A DNA stretch of 63,180 nucleotides, filler included, from a bacterium (GTDB taxonomy: Bacteria > JADJOY01), in assembly GCA_046331705.1 (NCBI GenBank). It is 3 parts of 3 records of this genome, joined end to end, with 100 filler letters (N's around TTAATTAATTAA, not from the genome) between each part and the next. Parts side by side here need not be neighbours in the genome. Positions count along the whole stretch, not along the records: positions 29,708 to 58,975 come from JAXLQJ010000075.1; positions 59,076 to 63,180 come from JAXLQJ010000111.1; 1 more part is not named here. One strand, written 5' to 3'. The position numbers and the translations under genes are program-made. The notes beneath the pieces were generated by a model. It saw nothing but the letters and a program-made list of their open reading frames with translations, was not told the DNA's origin and did no database searches. Positions 55,731 through 63,180 of this stretch are shown here, one piece after another; the stretch's first letter is position 1, and every line of letters starts with the position of its first letter.

Positions 55731-55964
55731 GGCGGATACTCCACGAGTCGCCATGGGAATCGGTATCCGTACCACCGGTGCGCGAACGCCCGGTGTGGCG
55801 CGGTCGACGTCCGCCGCGATGCCCTCGAAGCGCCCTTCGTGGAGCTGCTTCAGCGGGTCCAACCACGACCCGAATTCGTGCGGCTCTTCCGTGAGGTGGT
55901 GCTCGACGTGTGGCACGAACGGCATCGGCAGGTGGCGTCGAGTCGAGCTCGGGCAGCTCCATGA
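55731..55964 (+). pseudogene. large serine recombinase, zinc-ribbon fragment
   Basis: Manual translation GGYSTSRHGNRYPYHRCANARCGAVDVRRDALEAPFVELLQRVQPRPEFVRLFREVVLDVW. Confidence 0.72.
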
Positions 55965-56115
55965 CCTCGGTTGAGGTCAGGCTGCATCGCCAACTCGGTG
56001 CGAGCAGAGGCTGATCCTGCCGCCGCGGCGTCCGACGTCGGTTCGGGCGCGCGCGACCGGTACACTGCTTCGATGGCCATAGACCTCACGACCTCCTGCT
56101 CCGGGACAGGCGCCA

Positions 56116-57021
56116 GTGAATGACGGCTGGACCTACCGGGAGCGCCTGGGGGGCCGCGCCGTGGGGCGGCGCCTCGACGACTACCTCGCCGGCACCTGGG
56201 CACACACGACCCTGGCCGAGTGGCGGGAGCACATCGTCAACGGGCGAGTCCTCCTCGATGGCGAGCGGGTCGGCATCGACGCCGTGCTGGTGCGCGGGCA
56301 GGCGGTCCACTGGCTGCGCCCTCCTTGGGAGGAGCCCGCCGCTCCGCTGCTGCTCACCGTGCTCTACGATGACGGCGACGTGATCGTGGTTGCGAAGCCC
56401 GCGGGCCTGCCGACCTTGCCGGGTGGCGGGTTTCTCCAGCACACGCTGCTGCACCAGCTCCGCCTGCTCGACACCACCGCCTCTCCCGCTCACCGCCTGG
56501 GGCGCTGGACCTCGGGGGCGGTGCTGTGCTCCCGCGGGTCGGCTCACGGCGCGAACCTCGCGGGTCAGTTCGCAGCCCGGTCGATCCACAAGCGGTACCG
56601 CGCCCTCGCCTCCGGTCTGCCGGAGCACGACCGCTTCGATGTGCGCACCCCCATCGGGCCGGTGCCCTACCTGCCGCTCGGCACCGTGCACGCCGCGAAC
56701 CCCGACGGCCGCCGCTCCGAGTCGACGGTGACGGTCATCGAGCGGCGCGGCGACTCGTTCCTGTGCGACGTCGCCATCGCCACGGGACGGCCTCACCAGA
56801 TCCGAATCCACCTCGCCGCCGCCGGGCACCCGCTCGTGGGCGATCCGCTGTATGTCGTCGGCGGTCACCCCACCCCCGGCGGGAGCGCGGTCCCCGGAGA
56901 CCCGGGGTATCACCTGCACTCCGCGAGCATCGGGTTTCAACACCCGCGCACGGGTCGGCGGGTCGTGGTCGCGGCGCCGCCGCCGGAGATCCTGGAGGTC
57001 GCGGCCAGCTCCTCGTGTTGA
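56116..57021 (+). CDS. RluA-family pseudouridine synthase (catalytic HRLD read as HRLG)
   Basis: S4-like N-terminus; KPAGLP, HRLGRWTSG, TGRPHQIRIH and GDPLY motifs. Confidence 0.88.
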   Translation: MNDGWTYRERLGGRAVGRRLDDYLAGTWAHTTLAEWREHIVNGRVLLDGERVGIDAVLVRGQAVHWLRPPWEEPAAPLLLTVLYDDGDVIVVAKPAGLPTLPGGGFLQHTLLHQLRLLDTTASPAHRLGRWTSGAVLCSRGSAHGANLAGQFAARSIHKRYRALASGLPEHDRFDVRTPIGPVPYLPLGTVHAANPDGRRSESTVTVIERRGDSFLCDVAIATGRPHQIRIHLAAAGHPLVGDPLYVVGGHPTPGGSAVPGDPGYHLHSASIGFQHPRTGRRVVVAAPPPEILEVAASSSC

Positions 57022-57168
57022 GGTCGACGTCTTACCGGGCGCCGGAGTCGTCGTCCACGAAGTCGCGCGACAGGTCATCCTCCAACGCACTCGGTCGTCA
57101 TCCCACCGGGTGTGCTGGCGTGGCTCGATATCGAGCGTCTCGTGGATCTGCTTGAGCGGGCGTGAAGA

Positions 57169-57254
57169 TGGTGTCCCTGATGACTCCTACCTTGAACCGG
57201 ATCCTGCCGCTTCTACAGCGGATCGTTGATCTGCGCCGCGCCCTCGCGGCGTGA
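57169..57254 (+). repeat. att-like repeat 4 with micro-ORF MTPTLNRILPLLQRIVDLRRALAA*
   Basis: TGGTGTCCCTGATGACTCCTACCTTGAACCGGATCCTGCCG. Confidence 0.88.
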
Positions 57255-57293
57255 GATGACAGGCGAGCTACGTGTTCGCGGTGCGCGTCCTGC

Positions 57294-57623
57294 TCAGCGC
57301 CCGTGTCCAAGCTCAGTGAGGCGGTCGAGCCAGTAGCCCGGTCGGCGCGCGGAGTGGAACACGGCGAGGATCACGACACGGTCATCTTGGACGCAGTAGG
57401 CGATCTGGACGGGGAAGCGGTTCAGCATCTTGCGGCGGATCCCAAGCTCGGGAGGTGCGCCGTCGACGAGTGCTCCCGCTGCGGGGAACTCGAGCATGAA
57501 CGCGATTGCCTCGTCGACCTCGAGAAGGAACCGACCGCCGAGCCCCGGCTCCTGCAATTCGTAGTAGACCGCCGCGTCCTCGTATTCGGCGAGAGCCGCC
57601 GCGAGGAACTGGTGGAGTCTCAA
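57294..57623 (-). CDS. RelE/ParE-family toxin
   Basis: ALAEYEDAAVYYE...RFPVQIAY...ILAVFHSARRPGYW. Confidence 0.9.
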   Translation of the reverse strand: MRLHQFLAAALAEYEDAAVYYELQEPGLGGRFLLEVDEAIAFMLEFPAAGALVDGAPPELGIRRKMLNRFPVQIAYCVQDDRVVILAVFHSARRPGYWLDRLTELGHGR

Positions 57624-57868
57624 GATCGCAGGGTGCGAAGGCGTGCCAGGACGCGCTGCCGTGCGAGGTCGCCGTCGATCAGGTCGGCGTGCCCCTGCGT
57701 GAGCTCTCGCGCCCGGCGGACCAGCTCCCCAACCCGCTCGGCTTCGGCTGCGGCTGGATCGCCTTCCGGCGAGTCCAAGCTCTCGATCAGCCGCCGCGCC
57801 GCCTCGGCCCGCTCGCGGGGGGGGCGTTCGAGCAATCTGGCGAGAGGTTCCTCGTTCGTGATGATCAT
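57620..57868 (-). CDS. putative addiction-module antitoxin
   Basis: PPRERAEAARRLIESLD...ELVRRAREL; 4-bp overlap with the toxin. Confidence 0.85.
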   Translation of the reverse strand: MIITNEEPLARLLERPPRERAEAARRLIESLDSPEGDPAAAEAERVGELVRRARELTQGHADLIDGDLARQRVLARLRTLRS

Positions 57869-57928
57869 GCCCTCATGGTACCCGCGGTGGGGCGGTCAAG
57901 GCGAGAGTGCGATTGCACGCCGTGGAGC

Positions 57929-57945
57929 GGTGTCCCTGCAGGGAC
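57929..57945 (+). repeat. att-like core 5 (short, palindromic)
   Basis: GGTGTCCCTGCAGGGAC shares GGTGTCCCTG with repeats 3 and 4. Confidence 0.4.
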
Positions 57946-58020
57946 CACTCACCCAGCGCCCGGTCAAAAATCAACGGAAGAAAGTCCTGCCAACATCCGG
58001 TAATCACGGTCCTTCGAGAC

Positions 58021-58043
58021 TGGTGTCCCCAGGAGGATTTGAA
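58021..58043 (-). mobile_element. tRNA 3'-end fragment (att-site relic)
   Basis: Minus strand TTCAAAT-CCTCC-TGGGGAC-A-CCA = T-loop, T-stem, acceptor strand, discriminator, CCA with canonical spacing; no 5' half present. Confidence 0.75.
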
Positions 58044-58358
58044 GGTCCTCGGTCCGCCGAACGTGTGGGGCTTGCCGCGGAATCTTGGCGAAAGCTGGAT
58101 CCTCTTCGCCAACAATGCCCGTATGATCGACCCATCCGGGCTCGATTCACCTGCCAGATCACCTGCCAGCGAGAGCGACCTGCAGGCCGCGATTGTGCCG
58201 GCCGATGTGCTGCTCTGGATCGACCTCGAGAGCTTCGTCGATCACCTCGAACGGGCACGATGAGGGGGTGGATCCAGGGAGGCGCGTTGTGGCACGTGGT
58301 CGAGTCGCGTCGAACCGCATTCGGGGTCGGTGCTAGGATGAGTCCCGGAGATTCGGTC

Positions 58359-58610
58359 ATGACCCGCACGACAGCCACCAAGGTGACGCCCGACTTGCCC
58401 GATGCCGTGATCCGCGCGAGCACGCAGAAGGAGCGGGTTCCGATCCGCTCCGGGCGCAAGGTGGTGGCCGCCGTCGTGCCCGTCGAGGATCTCCGGCTGC
58501 TCGAGGAGCTCGAGGACCGGCTCGACGTGGAGGAGGCCGAGCGCCGACGCCAGTCGCCGCAAAAGCCGATTCCCTACGAGACTGTCCGGCGACGTCTCGG
58601 TTTGAAGTGA
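58359..58610 (+). CDS. Phd/YefM-like antitoxin
   Basis: ERVPIRSGRKVVAAVVPVEDLRLLEELEDRLD...IPYETVRRRLGL; GGAG RBS. Confidence 0.85.
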   Translation: MTRTTATKVTPDLPDAVIRASTQKERVPIRSGRKVVAAVVPVEDLRLLEELEDRLDVEEAERRRQSPQKPIPYETVRRRLGLK

Positions 58611-58623
58611 GCGCGGAGGCGCC

Positions 58624-58899
58624 GTGCCGTACACGGTGCTCATCGACCCGCGTGCAGCTCGCGAGCTAGAAGCCCTTCCGGCGAAGATTCGCGCGCAGGT
58701 GGACGCGCGGATCCTGGCGCTTGCCGAAAACCCGACTCCGCCCGGCATGAAGATCCTGCAAGGGCCGAAGGGACACCGCTACCACCGCATCCGCTCCGGC
58801 GAATATCGAATCCTGTACCGCGTTGAGGCACGGCGGCTGGTCGTACTCGTGGTGCGCGTTGCGCACCGACGCGAGGTGTACTGGAACCTCCCCGGATGA
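58624..58899 (+). CDS. relE: RelE/StbE-family toxin
   Basis: LAENPTPPGMKIL...RIRSGEYRILY...VRVAHRREVY. Confidence 0.92.
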   Translation: MPYTVLIDPRAARELEALPAKIRAQVDARILALAENPTPPGMKILQGPKGHRYHRIRSGEYRILYRVEARRLVVLVVRVAHRREVYWNLPG

Positions 58900-58975
58900 G
58901 GCGCTGAGATCGCTCAGCACACCGAGGGAGCGTGACCGCGACGACGGCTCGCCTGCGTCTCGCGGGCTCGGAGAG

Positions 58976-59075
58976 NNNNNNNNNNNNNNNNNNNNNNNNN
59001 NNNNNNNNNNNNNNNNNNNTTAATTAATTAANNNNNNNNNNNNNNNNNNNNNNNNNNNNNNNNNNNNNNNNNNNN
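58976..59075. other. artificial contig linker
   Basis: N44-TTAATTAATTAA-N44. Confidence 0.97.
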
Positions 59076-59123
59076 CGAGAGCCGCGCACGGTGGCGGCCG
59101 GATCGGGCAGCGCGGATGGGCGG

Positions 59124-59480
59124 TTACTTGGCGCGCGGGTTGCGGTCGCGCCAGGCGTCCCAGTCCTGCTGGATGCGGGCCCATTCCTTGGCGCCGATTC
59201 CGGTGACCCGCGCCAAGCGCAGCGCGGTGTCGGCGGTGATGCGCGCCTTGCCGCGCACCAGCTCGCGCACGTGAGCCGCGGAGACGTTGAGATCCTTCGC
59301 GAGCGCCGCCTCACTGACGGCGCGCGCCTTCAGGTACTTCTCGAGCAGCACCTGTCCGGGATGCGGCGGCGCGGGCTCGGGGGGAGGCGCAGGAGGCGTG
59401 ACACGCGGCGGCGGCGCGGCAGCCGGCTGCGCCCCGGGACGGCGAATGCGCGTGCGCGATTTCGGAGCCTCGGAGGTCAT
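59124..59480 (-). CDS. higA: HigA-family antitoxin with Pro-rich N-terminus
   Basis: PPHPGQVLLEKYL...ITADTALRLA...WARIQ. Confidence 0.85.
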   Translation of the reverse strand: MTSEAPKSRTRIRRPGAQPAAAPPPRVTPPAPPPEPAPPHPGQVLLEKYLKARAVSEAALAKDLNVSAAHVRELVRGKARITADTALRLARVTGIGAKEWARIQQDWDAWRDRNPRAK

Positions 59481-59490
59481 GGCCCCAAGC

Positions 59491-60609
59491 TTACGTGCTG
59501 GGGCGCTCGCTTCCACCCGTCCTGGCCTCGAGACGGACGATGAAATCCGCGATCGGAGCGGTGGCGGCGGCATGGCCGGCGGCGGTCCAGTGCAGGTCGT
59601 GGGGGTAATAGTCGGTCTCGATCGAGCGCGCGGCGAACGCCGGGCGCAGATCGAGGACGGCAAGACCGGCCTCGGCGGCGACCCGTGCGACGGTGTCGAG
59701 CTTGGCGTCGCACGCAGCGCGGCTCCCGGCTTCGAAGCAGCCCTTGTGCGGCACCAGCACGAGGCCGAGCGGCAGCGACCACTCGCGTGCGTCGCTCGCG
59801 AGCCGGCGGTAGAGCGAGGTCAGGAGGCGCAGCGCGTCGGGAGTGAGCGGCTCGTCGAGGGCGTTCCCGCCAGGCCTTCGCTCGGGCGGCACGCTCGTAT
59901 CGGTGCCGTGTCGTCGGTCCTCGGTGCGCGCCAGCTTGAGCCGGATCCGTCCGAGGAGCTGCGAGCGCGAGGTGATCCAGCGGTAGGCTGGCTGCTCCGC
60001 CAGCCACTGGATTCGCTTGGGCGGTGGGTGGGCGAAGTACGCGGGCACCACGCGCGCGAGGCTCGTTCCGTCCGCGGCGAGCTCGAACGGGCGGCATTCG
60101 CGATCGTCGCGGGGATCGTTGGCGAAGAAGGTCACGAGCGCCACGTCGGGTCTGCGCCCCGAGGTCATCAGGTCTTCGAGGCGCGCCAGGTGCTGGGCCG
60201 TTCCGTGGCCGCCGATGCCGAGGTTCCACGCGTCCCAGCGGCCCGCGCCGCGTTCCGCGAGCGCCGCCGGCAAGCGCGCCACGAAGGTCTCGTCGTCCGC
60301 GACCCCTTCGCCGAAGACCATCGAGTCGCCGATCACCGCGACGGAGCGCGGCGCCGGCGCGCTCCCGGGCGATTGCGCGCCGGACCTGCGCCAGCCGCGC
60401 TCGTCGGTGCGGAAGGCGTGGCGGAAATCGACCGTCGTGATGAAGCCGTCGTTCGACGGCCAGAGCTCGGTGCAATACCGCGCGGAGGTGCGAAATCGCG
60501 GCGAGTTGAGTGGGATCGGCGCGGCGATCCGAAGCAGCGCCTCGAGGGCCGCCGCGCACGTCACGGCGAACGCCGCCGCGAGCCCCAAGCGCCGCACCCA
60601 GCGCTTCAT
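59491..60609 (-). CDS. SGNH/GDSL hydrolase family protein
   Basis: VIGDSMVFG, NLGIGG, FFAND and DLHW motifs. Confidence 0.88.
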   Translation of the reverse strand: MKRWVRRLGLAAAFAVTCAAALEALLRIAAPIPLNSPRFRTSARYCTELWPSNDGFITTVDFRHAFRTDERGWRRSGAQSPGSAPAPRSVAVIGDSMVFGEGVADDETFVARLPAALAERGAGRWDAWNLGIGGHGTAQHLARLEDLMTSGRRPDVALVTFFANDPRDDRECRPFELAADGTSLARVVPAYFAHPPPKRIQWLAEQPAYRWITSRSQLLGRIRLKLARTEDRRHGTDTSVPPERRPGGNALDEPLTPDALRLLTSLYRRLASDAREWSLPLGLVLVPHKGCFEAGSRAACDAKLDTVARVAAEAGLAVLDLRPAFAARSIETDYYPHDLHWTAAGHAAATAPIADFIVRLEARTGGSERPST

Positions 60610-60640
60610 CGTGCGTGCGCCCTCGCGCCGCCCGCTCGGC

Positions 60641-62017
60641 TCACGCCTGCGCGGGCGGCGGCGGGATCACCAGCGAGCCCGGCTCGGCGGTCTCCAAGAT
60701 GAGCTGCATCGCGTACGGCGCGCCCACGATCAGCGGATCGAGCGTGTAGTCGAGGGTCATGCAGAGGCCGAGGAGCAGCAGCATCGTGCGCTCGATGTAG
60801 AAGTAGCCCTCGGGATACTGGAAGGCGCGCGCCAGATCCGTGAACGAGACGTCGAGCTGCTTCAAGTCGGCGAAGTCGCGGATCACGTCCGGGCTCATCT
60901 TCGCGAGATCCTCGGGCCGGTAGCGCAGGATCTTCTCGAAGTAGTGCTTGACCGAGCGCTCGAACACCGCGCGATCGCCGGTCAGCGACTTGAAGCCCAT
61001 CACCTCCACACCGTTGAGCACGAGCTGGTCGTTTCGCGAGATGTAGCCCAGGAACACCAGCCGCATCCCCTTCATCAGCTCCTCGCGGATCGGCTCCACC
61101 GCGCCGAAGTCGAGGACCACGATCTTCGGCCCCGGCTGCACCAGGAAGTTCCCGGGATGCGGGTCGGCGTGGAAGAGCCGGTCCTTGAGCACCTGCTTGA
61201 AGAAGATGTGCGCGAGCTTCTTCACCACCGCCTGCGGATCGATGCCGGCGTCGATGAGAGCCTTGCGGTTGCCGATCTTGCAACCTTCCATGAACGTCAT
61301 CGCGAGCACGCGCCCGCTGGTGTACTCGGGCACCACCTCGGGGCAGAGCACGTCCGGATCGTCGGCGAAGTTCGCCGCGAACGTGGCCATGTTGCGCGCT
61401 TCCGAGCGGTAATCGAGCTCGCGGCGCACCACGTCCACGATCTGCTCGCGAATGCGGTGGTAGTGGAAGTCGGGGAAGAACCAATCGAGGATGCGCGTCA
61501 CCCGCGCCAGGACCGCGAGGTCCATCTCCACGATCTTCTCGATGTCCGGGTACTGCACCTTGATGGCGAGCACGCGCCCGTCGGGATCGGTGGCGCGGTG
61601 CACCTGCCCCAGCGACGCCGACGCCAGCGGCACCGGGTTGAGCGCAAGCCCCATCTCTTGCGGCGTCTTCCCGAACTCCTCGCGGAAGCGCCGCTCGATG
61701 TCCTTGTACGGGTGCGGCGGCACCGCGTCCTGCAGGCCCACCAGCTTCTCGCTGAAGACCGGCGGCAGCACCTGGCTCATCACGCTCAGCACCTGGCCGA
61801 GCTTGATGTAGACCGCCTTGAGCTCGAGGATGCCGTCGAGGACGCGCTGCGCGTTCCGCTCGTGGGTGCGGTCGATGCGCGTCCGAATGCGATCCGCGCC
61901 GAAGAGCTTGTAGAGCGTGTAGAGCCCGATGTAGCTCGCCAGCACCTTCGCCACGAGCCAGTTGGCGCGGACGTAGCGCAGCGCGTTTCGAATCTCGCTC
62001 GCGAGCGCCTCGCGCAT
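60641..62017 (-). CDS. ABC1/AarF/UbiB atypical kinase
   Basis: IKLGQ, ASASLGQVH, KVQYP, HADPHPGN and DFG motifs. Confidence 0.95.
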   Translation of the reverse strand: MREALASEIRNALRYVRANWLVAKVLASYIGLYTLYKLFGADRIRTRIDRTHERNAQRVLDGILELKAVYIKLGQVLSVMSQVLPPVFSEKLVGLQDAVPPHPYKDIERRFREEFGKTPQEMGLALNPVPLASASLGQVHRATDPDGRVLAIKVQYPDIEKIVEMDLAVLARVTRILDWFFPDFHYHRIREQIVDVVRRELDYRSEARNMATFAANFADDPDVLCPEVVPEYTSGRVLAMTFMEGCKIGNRKALIDAGIDPQAVVKKLAHIFFKQVLKDRLFHADPHPGNFLVQPGPKIVVLDFGAVEPIREELMKGMRLVFLGYISRNDQLVLNGVEVMGFKSLTGDRAVFERSVKHYFEKILRYRPEDLAKMSPDVIRDFADLKQLDVSFTDLARAFQYPEGYFYIERTMLLLLGLCMTLDYTLDPLIVGAPYAMQLILETAEPGSLVIPPPPAQA

Positions 62018-62170
62018 GAAATCGCCCCTTCACCCCTCGCCGCTGGGATAGCACATCCCCCCACCCGCGCTGGCGCCTCGGCCCGGACGGTCGCACCACG
62101 ACGTCGCACGCGGTCGTGGTCTGGCGGCCCACCGGTCCCTCGGTGGGCCCGGTCGCCGCGCGCGTCGGCG

Positions 62171-62809
62171 TCAGCGCGCGCGAGCGCGTCGCCGCGGCGC
62201 GCGCGCCGAGGCGGGACGATCGATCGCGTCGATCTCCGCCCACAGCGCGTCGAGATCCACCGCCAGCCCCGTGCACCCAGGCACGCTTCGAATCCGACCC
62301 GCCGCCGCGCTGAGCGAGCGGGTGTACCGCCCATCCCGCGTGAGCTCGTAGATCTCGAGCGTCCGCACCGCAGGATCGAGGAGCCAGTAGAAGGGCACGC
62401 CGAACGCGGCGTAGTCGTCGAGCTTCTCGATGCGATCCCGCCGGATGTCGCGCGGCCGAGGCGACGCGACTTCCACCACGATCGTCGGGGGAACGTCGAT
62501 GAGACTGGCGCTCGCTGCCGGTCTGGCAACCCCCGGGAGATAAACGCTGAGGTCCGGCTTCCGACCGCGGCGCGCGCGCACCGCGAGCTTCGTTTCGGAG
62601 CCCAGCACCAATCCGCCGCGACGAGCGAGCCAGGCGCGCAAGAGCGCACCGAGCCAGAGCACGACCAGTTCGTGCGTGACGGTGGGCCTCTCTTCCTCCT
62701 CGAGCCGCCCATCGACCAGCTCGCCCGGCTCGTCCTCCGGGAGGTCGCCCCATGCGCGAAGCGTCAGTACTGGCTCGTCCGTCGCGCGGGCCGCGTTGCG
62801 AAGTCCCAT
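62171..62809 (-). CDS. Uma2-family endonuclease
   Basis: ELVDG, KPDL, VEVASP and KLDDYAAFGVPFYWLLDP motifs. Confidence 0.92.
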   Translation of the reverse strand: MGLRNAARATDEPVLTLRAWGDLPEDEPGELVDGRLEEEERPTVTHELVVLWLGALLRAWLARRGGLVLGSETKLAVRARRGRKPDLSVYLPGVARPAASASLIDVPPTIVVEVASPRPRDIRRDRIEKLDDYAAFGVPFYWLLDPAVRTLEIYELTRDGRYTRSLSAAAGRIRSVPGCTGLAVDLDALWAEIDAIDRPASARAPRRRARAR

Positions 62810-62872
62810 GCCGCGAGAATACCACCCGCATCGCGCACCGCGACACGAGCCGACGCGTCCGAAAAATCGCGA

Positions 62873-62895
62873 AGGCGCGCGCCCAGCGCGCGCCT
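62873..62895 (-). terminator. GC-rich hairpin at the stop of the FGE-domain gene (terminator or DGR cis hairpin)
   Basis: AGGCGCGCGC-TGG-GCGCGCGCCT followed by TCGCGATTTTT. Confidence 0.5.
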
Positions 62896-63180
62896 CAAGA
62901 GCCAAGTCCCGTTTGTCCTCCCGGCGCGACGCGAACGCAACGAAAACCGAGGTTGACGTAGGCGTAGTCGGGATCGAGGTTGAGGCCGAAAGCGGCGCGA
63001 AGGCTCCAGGGATTGAAGTTGTCGAAAGAGCCGCCCCGCACCACGCGGGATTGCCCTTCTGGCGGTCCGGTTGGGTCGGTCACCTCGTCGGACGAGTACT
63101 CACCGTACCAATCCGCACACCACTCCCAGACGTTGCCGGCCAGGTCGTGAACCCCCTCCGGCGTCTTGCCTGCGGGATAA
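62895..63180 (-). CDS. FGE-sulfatase (SUMF1, C-type lectin fold) domain protein, 3' end
   Basis: HDLAGNVWEWCADWY...RVVRGGSF...LGFRC. Confidence 0.9.
   Translation of the reverse strand, partial: YPAGKTPEGVHDLAGNVWEWCADWYGEYSSDEVTDPTGPPEGQSRVVRGGSFDNFNPWSLRAAFGLNLDPDYAYVNLGFRCVRVAPGGQTGLGS

Noticed and set aside
58021-58100. Complete tRNA gene
   Set aside because: Only the last 23 nt fit; no complementary 5' acceptor strand or D/anticodon arms.

Overview
High-GC DNA from a diderm bacterium (porin, TolC, many lipoproteins); a Myxococcota/Binatota/Acidobacteria-like MAG is a guess. The window is three unlinked contigs (1-29607, 29708-58975, 59076-63180) joined by artificial N-TTAATTAATTAA-N spacers. 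Contig 1 carries fatty-acyl-CoA genes, a truncated Phd/VapC pair, an MCP, an OprO/P porin, a ~450-bp direct repeat bracketing a frameshifted ~2-kb insert, a sigma54 activator/NHLP-clan/TolC-MFP-RND/FAD-monooxygenase cluster, TerC and an acyl-CoA dehydrogenase pair. Contig 2 carries a TPP enzyme, a TolB-like TPR protein, tandem serine hydrolases, and a lipoprotein lipase/GH29/TetR/GH31 locus. It ends in a ~10-kb accessory array (49.1-59.0 kb) where toxin-antitoxin modules and gene debris are separated by six co-oriented (T)GGTGTCCC-core sites (antisense of a tRNA 3' end). Three of these sites are followed by a conserved micro-ORF (MTPxLNRILP), and two large-serine-recombinase remnants lie in the array; this is the strongest candidate for an undescribed system. 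Contig 3 carries an orphan HigA, an SGNH hydrolase, an ABC1 kinase, Uma2 and the 3' end of an FGE-sulfatase gene with a DGR variable-region signature. All calls come from reading the sequence and recognising motifs; no searches were run.
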